Of a DNA stretch of 64,000 nt, positions 1-9,549 are shown piece after piece; position 1 is the stretch's first letter; each line of letters opens with the position of its first letter. This DNA comes from Macrostomum hystrix (taxonomy: Eukaryota; Animalia; Platyhelminthes): positions 1,364,001 to 1,428,000 of the forward strand of contig CATNEN010000030.1 in NCBI GenBank assembly GCA_950097015.1, given 5' to 3'. Both the position numbers and the translations under genes were made by a program. A model generated the notes under the pieces. That model made no database searches, was not told where the DNA came from, and saw only the letters and a list, made by a program, of their open reading frames with translations.

Positions 1-597
1 TTTCTATAGTTCTGGCTGGTCTTTCTCTAGTTCTGACTGGTTGTCTCTAGTTCTGACTGGTTGTCTCTAGTTCTGGCTGGTCTTTCTCTAGTTCTGACTG
101 GTTGTCTCTAGATCTGACTGCTCTTTCTCTAGTTCTGACTGGTTGTCTCTAGTTCTGAAGTTCTGACAGGTTTGTCTCTAGTTCTGACTGGTCTTTCTCT
201 AGTTCTGACTGGTTTGTCTCTAGTTCTGGCTGGTCTTTCTCTAGTTCTGACTGGTTGTCTCTAGTTCTGAAGTTCTGACAGGTTTGTCTCTAGTTCTGAC
301 TGGTCTTTCTCTAGTTCTGACTGGTCTTTCTCTAGTTCTGGCTGCTCTTTCTCTAGTTCTGACTGGTTGTCTCTAGTTCTGGCTGCTCTTTCTCTAGTTC
401 TGACTGGTTGTCTCTAGTTCTGACTGGTCTTTCTCTAGTTCTGACTGGTTGTCTCTAGTTCTGGCTGGTCTTTCTCTAGTTCTGACTGGTTGTCTCTAGT
501 TCTGGCTGGTCTTTCTCTAGTTCTGGCTGGTCTTTCTCTAGTTCTGGCTGGTCTTTCTCTAGTTCTGACTGGTTTGTCTCTAGTTCTGACTGGTTTG
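1..597. repeat. Minisatellite, 20-21 bp unit (TGGTCTTTCTCTAGTTCTGAC), runs off the window start
   Basis: Direct tandem repetition with variants. Confidence 0.95.
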
Positions 598-845
598 TCA
601 TTAATTAAAATATATTTTTATTTTCTAATTTAGTTGTAACACGATTTGAAAGTATATACAACTTCTAACCTCCTTTTCTCGACCAATTTCCTGTTTGGTC
701 GAGAAAAGGACCAAATCAAGCAATCGGAACTTCATTTCAGACTCTACGATAAGGCTGTCTGCTTGCGGAAATTCCTTTCCAGCTGAGTTCAATTGTCGAT
801 ATTGTCTATTGTCGATAGACAAGATTATCGACGAGAGTATCGTGA

Positions 846-1146
846 GGAGGTTTTAGCCTAGTGGTTAGAGCGTAGGACTCACGACTTGAAGTTCGGGGGT
901 TCGATTCCCGACTCCACTGGAATAATTTGTGTCCTTTAGCAAGACACTTAACTCTGCATTGCTTCAGTTCACCCAGCTGTTAGATGGGTACCAGCATTAG
1001 GTGGATTAATTGAGGGTGGGTGTGACGTCCCCCTGCAGTCAATGGACTGAACAGCCGTACGCAGCCATCAGATGCGCCGCGCAATAGCTGCGGCTGTACT
1101 CTCGGCTGCACATCTGGCCCAATTAGGGCAGGTGAAATAAAGAAAA
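846..1146 (+). mobile_element. tRNA-derived CORE-type SINE
   Basis: Pol III A box (TAGCCTAGTGG) and B box (GGTTCGATTCC). 928-989 (TGTGTCCTTTAGCAAGACACTTAACTC...CAGCTGTTAGATGGG) resembles the MIR/CORE domain as recalled. A-rich end. Related copies at 27365-27440 and 47922-48036. Confidence 0.75.
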
Positions 1147-1214
1147 ATCGCGATTAAAACGCTGCTCAATCATCGGACTCAGAGAATAGAGAATTCGCTA
1201 TCTAGACAGAATGC

Positions 1215-1920
1215 CAGACTAGCCTCTGAAGCTGAAGCCAATTTTCACTGTCGCAATTTTTCACCTTCTTTCGTTCAGAGCTTGGTAAATCGTTCTTGAT
1301 GAGCATCGCGGTATTTTTGCTGACTCCCTGAAGAAGATCTTCTGCCTGTCTGCTGCTAATCAAGCTCTTCCGTATCATTGTATGCGCGGGGTGTCAGTGG
1401 CAGAGCGGTTAAGGCGTTTGCCTCTCGCAGCAATGTCCCTGAGCTCGACTCCGCGGCGAGGCCACATTTCATTTGGGGCGCTTGGGGACTTGCTGTGCAA
1501 TTTACGCCCTTGAGGGCCAACCCCAGAGGCAGAAGGTTCTCAGATGTACACACCTGTGAGAGCGTGTGCCTACGTACAGTATCTGTGTGCGTGTGTGCTC
1601 AGGAGTCAGAGAAATTGGCAGAATTGCCTCCTCGTTGGCTTCGGGTCGAGTGTCACTAAATGATGCAATATTGCCCGCAGCCCTCCTGCAATTATTATTA
1701 TTGTTATTATTATTATCAACGTATGCGCACTATCTTATAGTGAACGCAGTTTGCCAATAACTCGTCGCTGAGTCTTCAGAGCAACTCGCAGCTTTTTACT
1801 TGCAGCATGAAGCTTCAGGTTATAGGCTGGCGTTATCTCGCACTGTGTGGATGCATCTTTTGAGAGATCAGCATCCGATGGAAGCTCGTCGAATCTATAC
1901 TCGTAACAAGCTCAATAAAC
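1215..1920 (-). pseudogene. Degenerate coding remnant interrupted by a SINE, possibly the coiled-coil region of a THAP/P-type transposase
   Basis: Removing SINE 1388-1720 and one TSD copy joins one frame: ...DASTQCE...KKLRVALKTQRRVIGKLRSL*DSAHTMIRKSLISSRQAEDLLQGVSKNTAMLIKNDL. Family assignment is weak. Confidence 0.35.
1388..1720 (+). mobile_element. tRNA-derived SINE family A (about 370 bp, (TTA)n tail)
   Basis: A box TGGCAGAGCGG, B-box-like GCTCGACTCC, TTA tail, TSD GTATGCGC at 1380-1387 and 1721-1728. Homologous copies elsewhere in the window. Confidence 0.9.
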
Positions 1921-2667
1921 TTGCATTCTGTAGTGGAAATGCAAAAATGGATCGCACGCACGGCTTTTGAGTGCAGCAACTGCGTGCATGAGAAAGCCGT
2001 GCTTCTATTACATTGTAACACGCAATGCGGTGCATTAAACGTTAGACAGCGTGCGTGTAACGCAAGTAGTCTATGGTAGAAACTCAACCGCGCTAAGCGT
2101 TTTCATCATGCGTGTAACGCATTTAGCGTGCGTCTAACGCTACAAGCACAAAAACAGTTTATTTCAATAGTGGAACAGATAAAGCATACAACGTTAACAA
2201 GTTTACTAACGTTAAAGTGTCTATGGCCCAGCTTGCATATTACAATGCAACTAATATATCGCCGCTTTGAACTTTAACGGTCTCAGCACTCAGCGGCGAT
2301 ATATTAATCCTACATTATCCTATAGCCGAGGCGTGCATGAATACCGAATTGTCTATGGTAGTCATTTACCGTTTGCACACAAAAAGCGTGCAGTTAATGA
2401 AAAAAGCGTGCAGTTAATGAAAAAGCGTGCGGTTAATAGGGAACAATCATTATAGATGATCTGACGAATTTTGAACTGTTTATTTTCAGTACGAGAGACA
2501 CGAAACGGGAAAAAATGGGCAGGGATCATGGGTCACAGTCCACATTTTTCCAAAATTGCAGTGTGCCACCGGGCCGTTGAAGTTAAACACAACGCAAACT
2601 CCGGGCCGCTCCTCCTCTACAGCCAGACTTTGATCCAGGGACTTTGTCTTGGTCTCCACATGGTTCG

Positions 2668-3523
2668 TTACCAACTTTTTGCACGGGGGTCTTCTTGAGC
2701 ATAGAGCGCTGCATGCAGATTGTTGCTCATGGTCTGCATCTCCTCTTCCCGTCGCGAACCGAACCGCAAGTAGCGCTGCACAGTCGTTACGGCTTTGTGT
2801 CCAATCACCTTGCAAATATCATCCACTGAGTGTCCAGCAGTGGCCAGCTCCTTGATGACTGTCGGCCGGATACAATGTGTAGTGTACCTCCGGCTGAGCT
2901 TCGCTTGAATGCAGATGTCAGGCATCAACTCGTGAATCTTGTTGACGCCCACCGGCTGCCTGCAAAACCACGTTCCATTCTGGAAGGCGTTTACCTTCGG
3001 CTTCAGGAAGAAAGGCGTTTGATCAGCATCTCCGGAACCGGAGGAACTTCCAGTAATGGAACTTCCAGACGGTTAAGCCGCGATACCACTCGCGACCGCG
3101 GGTCCCAAAGTAAAAGACAAGGCTGTAAAACAGCTCGTGAAGCAGTCGCGTGGGCGTGGAACGGTTGAAGTAGTCGGCCAGTAGACGCAAATCAGCCGAT
3201 TCAATTGCCTGATAGTGGTTGACTACGCCACCCCTCAAAGTAGAAATTCTTGCGGACAAGCTTCAAAGTTTAATTGCCGACAAGCTTCAAAGTTTGATTG
3301 GTCGTGTAGAACTCGTCGTCTACCAGAATTTTGATAGCACGCAGCCGCATAAAGAGGCGAAAAATTGCAGCTGGCATGCATACCAACGTAGAAGGTGCAT
3401 ACGCGCCACCGTCCTTACGCGACAAGCGTAGAAGTATAGCAGAGAAGTGTTGAGTGCCTGCTTTTCGCATGATTCTTCATCCACAGCAACCTGCGGAAAC
3501 TGCTGCATGAAATCGTGAAACAT
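2668..3523 (-). pseudogene. Crypton-like tyrosine recombinase relic (frameshifted, internally deleted)
   Basis: Fragments YAPSTL..M.AAIFR...DDEF..TNQTL, FYFGTRGRE, WF...PVGVNKI..LMPDI, YTTHCIRPT, VIGHK...VQRY match the R-H-R-H-Y recombinase motifs of Crypton/DUF3504 proteins. Confidence 0.75.
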
Positions 3524-3541
3524 CTGAACGTCCGTTTGCCC

Positions 3542-4114
3542 GTTTCAAGTTGGGGATACATATCATATTCCCCACTCATCTAGTTGTCTAGGGCCAAAAG
3601 CACTCGGTATCTCACTCATTGACCTCCGCGGCTTCGCCTCGGTCAATAAACGAGACACCTCTTGCTTTTGCCCGCTAGACAACAAAATAAATGGGGAATA
3701 TTATACATTTATTTAATGGTATCGAGGCGAGCCAAGCGAGCCGAGGATCAATGGGTGTGGCCGAGGACTTTCTAACGATAGACTATGTAAATTAAACGGC
3801 GTTTATCGTATATGAAATTCTATTGCTTATTTATACCCCTTTTGGCCGCTCCAAAATAAATAAGTCCAATGTTAAAGCTGTTTATTTGGCCCGAGCCAAA
3901 TAAACGATCTAAATAAATTAGACGCACGAATAACGATTTTTTTATCTTATTTCGTTTATGGATATAATTATACATACCGAATTGAACATATCGAACGGGT
4001 ATAAATGTATAGAATACTCGGCTTCGCCTCGGTCAATAAACGAGACACCTCGTGCTTTTGCCCGCTAGACAACAAAATAAATGGGGAATATTATATGTAT
4101 CCCTAACTTGAAAC
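3542..4114. repeat. Palindromic non-autonomous element with about 90-bp imperfect inverted arms and a duplicated 77-bp arm
   Basis: GTTTCAAGTTGGGGATACATA (3542) is inverted at 4094-4114. Imperfect palindrome 3561-3705 is centred on GGCTTCGCC. 3629-3705 is repeated at 4019-4095. Confidence 0.7.
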
Positions 4115-5391
4115 TTGAAACTAACTTGATTTTTTTATTATTACTGATTAGTGATTCGTTCGCTTTTAATTCTGTTTGTCTATGGTTGTATTATAGTTCT
4201 GTGTTATAGTTAATTTATTTGCATCAATGCAAAGTGAAATAAGTATATAAGTTATCACCCACTTTTTTATTTATTTTGGCCGGGAACAGCTGAGGACTCG
4301 TTTATTGGCCGAGGCAGAAACGATGTCCGAAGACGTTTTCGGCCATAGATAAGTCAAACAAGTGGGTGATAATGTATTTATCCCTCGCTTGGCTGACGGC
4401 GCCAAAGTCTGTAGTCTATGACTCTATGGTAAAAAACTGGCCGGTCCAGATAAATGAATCTTGCTTTCTTATTGGCGGAGCCATTTATTTGGCCGGCCCA
4501 AGTGGGGGATAAATATTTATTGCACTATAGTGCAAATAAATTAAAAGCTAAAAACATAGACAACTGACGGGGCAAGTGGGGGATACATATAGATGTCCAT
4601 AATGTCATGTATCTTCTTTATTTGTACTTTGGAGGAAAACACTTTTACCATAGAAAACAAGTGTCAACATGCCACAGAAAGTGATAGAAACTGCACGTAC
4701 AATCTATTTTAAGCCCTTTAATGTGGAAAAAAGATGATGAAATCGGAGCATCTGAATAAAGAACAAATTTGAGTTAATATTTAGTCACTAAATTGCTTGT
4801 GAGCTGTTTTTCGTACACAAAAAGTATACAAATTACAGACTGGCTGCATGAAATTGGGTGGACGTACGAACTACAAACGAAATGTTGGCTATATAGTTGG
4901 CAGTTTACAATTAATAAAACGTTAGAGCATAATAAAAAGGCTGGTAGAGCTATAGGAAACTAGTAGTGTTTGCTTGGCACTATTTGGCATTACATGGCAG
5001 TGCAAGCATATTTGCATACACAACTGTTCGATCATTCGAGGACCAATATCAACCAAAAAAAACGTCGTAGGTCAAACAATCGGAGCAAACTAAAAGAAAA
5101 AATCTAGATGACACTGTGAGTATCTGTGAGCTGTGAGTCAGCAAAGAAGACGGCATAAGTTGGCATCTTAAGACTATAAATCAGGCGTCCTATAAATAAA
5201 AAATAATAATAACACTTAATTGGTTGAGGGCTTAGTTGTAGTTAATTTATAGCAAGTTCCTACCGGGGTCTCCCTTTGAACTATCTTTTTTAGCACTGTC
5301 ATTAACCTCTCAGCCAATAAAATTCAGAGAGGCGGAGTCTTACAAATTTCGTATTTCGCGAAGCAATTTAATTGGTCAACCTGAAGTCAGC

Positions 5392-6471
5392 CTACAGCAG
5401 ACTGCGCGCTGACAGACTCGCCACTGTTATATCGTACACCGTGTAGTTCATGACCCGCCAGATGTCCTGCAGCAGGTCAAGACGTCGGTCCAGGTGCATG
5501 GCAATCACGTGATTATAGACCTGCCGCGTCAGAGGCTTGAGCAGCTCGTAGTAAAAGAGGCCGTGGTGCTCGGGGTGGGCGCCCAGCTTGCGCATTACAA
5601 TGCCCAGGAAGACATCGTCAAAGCGAAGGTATCGAACGAATCTCTGGGCAAGGCTGACTCGATGGCAGAGCGCGGCTGTGGCCAGCACAGCGCCACCCGT
5701 AGGGTAGGGAGGCCAGAACGCGTAGGGATACTCAGACAGGGCGATATACCAGCGATTCAACGGGTTTCTCTTCGGCACGGGGCTGCTGAACACGTAGCCG
5801 AGTGCAAGGTCGGGACTGGTCCGCCTGGGCCAGATATTCTGCAACAGGCGCACCAGATTCGGCGGGCTCACATAGTAGTCGTCGTCGGCGAATAGAACAA
5901 AGTCAGCCAGGGGACAATGACGAGCAGCCCAGTCGAATGCGAACATTGTCTTGTAGGTATTGTTGAAGTAGGCGTCGACAAAGCCCTGCTGAATAATGTC
6001 GAGGTGCATGGCCTGTTCGGCGTTAATTTTCGCCTGCTGAATCGAGCTGACGGTGCCGCCAAGTACAAAGGCGTGCCAAACGTGCACGCGGTGCCGCTCG
6101 TAGCTGCGCTTATTGGCCCAGGTGGCGCGGACGAGGTCGCGAAACTCGCGATGCGCCAGACTGCTCTTGACTAGGATGAGAAGGTGAGGCCACCGCTGAC
6201 GCTGTTGTTCCGGAGCTAAATGGCAGAGATCTTTGCCAGGATGCAGAATGGGAAACGAGGCATTGTTGATGGGAGCAGTGTCGCTGGGATAAGTCCGATG
6301 CCGATCGTAGTGGCTTAGCAGCCGCTGGAAGTCAGTCTCCAACGGGTATGTAAACTGTGAGTAGGGCAGCACCAGCAGGTAGAAAACGCTGTCTAAGGCG
6401 ACTCTGATCAGCTGGGTGCACAAAAGCAGCATTAGCAAGATGAAGCACAGAGTCTGCCACTTGTTGCGCAT
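5392..6471 (-). CDS. GT31 beta-1,3-glycosyltransferase (brainiac/B3GALT/B3GNT-like), 359 aa, single coding exon
   Basis: N-terminal TM anchor after MRNKW. Motifs LLILVKSS, FVDAYFNNTYKT, FADDDYYV (DxD), PPYPTGG, FDDVFLG. The true ATG is at 6471; the ORF track uses an upstream TTG. Confidence 0.9.
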   Translation of the reverse strand: MRNKWQTLCFILLMLLLCTQLIRVALDSVFYLLVLPYSQFTYPLETDFQRLLSHYDRHRTYPSDTAPINNASFPILHPGKDLCHLAPEQQRQRWPHLLILVKSSLAHREFRDLVRATWANKRSYERHRVHVWHAFVLGGTVSSIQQAKINAEQAMHLDIIQQGFVDAYFNNTYKTMFAFDWAARHCPLADFVLFADDDYYVSPPNLVRLLQNIWPRRTSPDLALGYVFSSPVPKRNPLNRWYIALSEYPYAFWPPYPTGGAVLATAALCHRVSLAQRFVRYLRFDDVFLGIVMRKLGAHPEHHGLFYYELLKPLTRQVYNHVIAMHLDRRLDLLQDIWRVMNYTVYDITVASLSARSLL

Positions 6472-7394
6472 CTGGCAATGGTGTTGGAGTGAGCGATGAG
6501 TCAACGGCTTCAAATACCTTCATCAATAAATCAATTAGAGGTTCACGAGACTCAACACAAGGACGCATTTAACAGCAGGAAGACCACGGGGGTATTTCAA
6601 TACCCACCTCTTTCAGTTTTCGTTTCTGTATCTCCCAAAATGTTCAACGAATCGCCGTCCGACTTGCAGCTCAACGACGCTGCGAGTCGATGGGCCGAAT
6701 CCGGTCAGCCAGCCGATGAGCTTAGCTGTAATGCGTCGTAGGACTAGCCGCATCACTGTTTGTCCTCTATTGGCTCTCTTTGAGAGGCCAGCCAGTCAGC
6801 GAGTCATTGAGAGCGCTCTTATTAATCTGGGCCTATTCCACTAGAAAATACTAACTCGCCTACGCATGGCCACTCTTATTTGCCAGGCCATCATTAGCGA
6901 TACCAGAGCAAAGTTAAAAATAGTCAGAGTTTACTTAAGAATTTACCTTTTTTTCGGACCAAGTTTGCTCGGCAAACAAACCTCACGGCGGTTGATAATG
7001 CTCTGTATCTTATACTCTGTCTGTCTGTCTCTCTGCTTCTTATTGGAGTAAGTCGGGGGACTCGATGCGCATTAATCTACTAATTTATGGATGTATTCTT
7101 GGACATACTGAATTCACCGCTAGATGAGTATTAAAAACTAATTAAAAAGAAATTCACCTACTTTTTAAACTAAAGTTAAACTTTTTACCATGGACAAAAC
7201 AACGAATCAGGATCAGGACCAGTATTTGCACTGACGAATTTCAAGAGGCAAATTCAAAGTCAGATTCTAGAAAAAAAATACCATAGAAATGTATTTCCTC
7301 CCCTGACCCGGTTTCTAAGAAGTTCTGAATCGGGGAATCCATAGTCGTATGTCAAATAGTCGCACAGGAACTTATCGAGAATGTTCAATTAGCT

Positions 7395-8021
7395 CAGGGG
7401 TGGGCAAACTTATTTGCTGGCGGGCCAAAGAGAGAGCCTAAAAGACGACAGCGGGCCGCATTGACTGTATAAATATGAGATAGGGGAGAGATGAGACACG
7501 GGAGAGATGAGACACAGGAAAGATGGGACACGAGAGAGATGAGACACGGGAGAGATAAGACAGGGAAGAGATTAGACACGGGAGAGATTAGACACGGGAG
7601 AGATTAGACAGGGAAGAGACTAGACACGAAAGAGATTAGACACGGGAGAGATTAGACACGGGAGAGATTAGACACGGGAGAGATTAGACACGGGAGAGAT
7701 TAGACACGGGAGAAATTAGACACGGGAGAGACTAGACACGGGAGAGATTAGATACGAGAGCGATGAGACACGGGAGAGACTAGACACGGGAGAGATTAGA
7801 CACGGGAGAGATTAGACAGGGAAGAGACTAGACACGAAAGAGATTAGACACGGGAGAGACTAGACTCGGGAGAGATTAGATACGAGAGCGATGAGACACG
7901 GGAGATATTAGACACGAGAGAGATGAAACAGGACACTGTAGATGTCAGAAGGGGCAACGGGCCGGATTTGGGAGCTTCGAGGGCCGCATCTGGCCCGCGG
8001 GCCGGAGTTTGCCGACCCATG
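7395..8021 (+). mobile_element. hAT (Charlie-like) MITE copy 1 with internal 16-bp minisatellite
   Basis: TIRs CAGGGGTGGGCAAACT / AGTTTGCCGACCCATG, GGCCCGCGGGCC subterminal motif, internal GAGAGATTAGACACGG array. Confidence 0.85.
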
Positions 8022-8299
8022 CTTTATAGTCTATGGCTCATAGGCTAGGCTGGACGCAGCTAGGCCCTTCGTATTAAGCGTAGGCAGGATTCTCACATTG
8101 GATGGCTTTTTATCACTTTGCTTGTCCTTTATTGTCTATGGCCCATAGACTAAGGCTGCACGCAGCCAGGCCCTTCGCAGTCAGCGTCGGCAGGATTCTC
8201 ATTTTGGGTGGCTTTATTCTCAGTTAGGCTGACAAAACCAATATTTAGTTTGTGTGCGTCTGTATTTCTACGCAGTTGATTTTCATAAAATAGCTAATT

Positions 8300-8974
8300 C
8301 AGGGGTCGGCAAACTCCGGCCCGCGGGCCAGATGCGGCCCTCGAAGCTCCCAAATCCGGCCCGTTGCCCCTTCTGACATCTACAGTGTCCTGTTTCATCT
8401 CTCTCGTGTCTAATATCTCCCGTGTCTCATCGCTCTCGTATCTAATCTCTTCCCTGTCTTATCTCTCCCGTGTCTAATCTCTCCCGTGTCTCATCGCTCT
8501 CGTATCTAATCTCTCCCGAGTCTAGTCTCTCCCGTGTCTAATCTCTTTCGTGTCTAGTCTCTTCCCTGTCTAATCTCTCCCGTGTCTAATCTCTCCCGTG
8601 TCTAGTCTCTCCCGTGTCTCATCGCTCTCGTATCTAATCTCTCCCGTGTCTAGTCTCTCCCGTGTCTAATTTCTCCCGTGTCTAATCTCTCCCGTGTCTA
8701 ATCTCTCCCGTGTCTAATCTCTCCCGTGTCTAATATCTTTCGTGTCTAGTCTCTTCCCTGTCTAATCTCTCCCGTGTCTAATCTCTCCCGTGTCTAATCT
8801 CTTCCCTGTTTTATCTCTCCCGTGTCTCATCTCTCTCGTGTCCCATCTTTCCTGTGTCTCATCTCTCCCGTGTCTCATCTCTCCCCTATCTCATATTTAT
8901 ACAGTCAATGCGGCCCGCTGTCGTCTTTTAGGCTCTCTCTTTGGCCCGCCAGCAAATAAGTTTGCCCACCCCTG
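8300..8974 (-). mobile_element. hAT MITE copy 2, inverted relative to copy 1
   Basis: Reverse complement of 7395-8021 with a different minisatellite copy number. TIRs CAGGGGTCGGCAAACT / AGTTTGCCCACCCCTG. Confidence 0.85.
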
Positions 8975-9316
8975 CTATAAAGGATAAGCAAAGTGATAAA
9001 AAGGCATCCAATGTGAGAATCGATCGCTTTTTCTCTTTCCCCCAGCTCTCTCCACTCAGAGACTTCTAGAAATAACAACTGGACCCGCAGCCGCAAGGCA
9101 CAGCGATGACTAATGTTTTACCTGCAAGTTGAGGCCGGCATTTTTAGGGGCAGAGGCTGCCTTGCACAAACTTGTTTACTGCAGCCAGAGCTTTGTTATT
9201 TATAGAAGTCTCTGACTGCAGGGTCTGCAGCCTACATAAGCGTGAGCTTTTCCTGGATCTGCCAATGTATTTTTATCCCCAATATCTGTTCCTGTTTTAT
9301 CATTTCAGTATAATTG

Positions 9317-9514
9317 TGTAAGACCGTGGGTTAAGTTGTAGAACATAACAATCGCGCCAGGAGCCCTCACTGGCTCACGCAAATATATTTAACGGCAAAG
9401 TTGGGGTGGGTGCAACCACCCTAAGCGAACGCACGCTGCAGCGCTAAACCCCCCCACCCCAAACAAGCCGCGCGTGCACATCTAAGTGCAGGCGCACCAA
9501 CAAGCCAGACTACA
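9317..9514 (-). repeat. 3' LTR
   Basis: 197/198 identical to 14069-14266. Confidence 0.95.
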
Positions 9515-9527
9515 CTACTTTCCCCCT
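9515..9527 (-). other. Polypurine tract AGGGGGAAAGTAG
   Basis: Abuts the 3' LTR on the element strand. Confidence 0.85.
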
Positions 9528-9549
9528 AGAAGCAAAATACAGTCCCAAG

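Noticed and set aside
671-730. Helitron 3' end
   Set aside because: The hairpin is not followed by CTRR at the expected distance on either strand.
846-915. tRNA gene
   Set aside because: Acceptor and anticodon stems are broken and the sequence continues into a SINE body; it is a SINE head.
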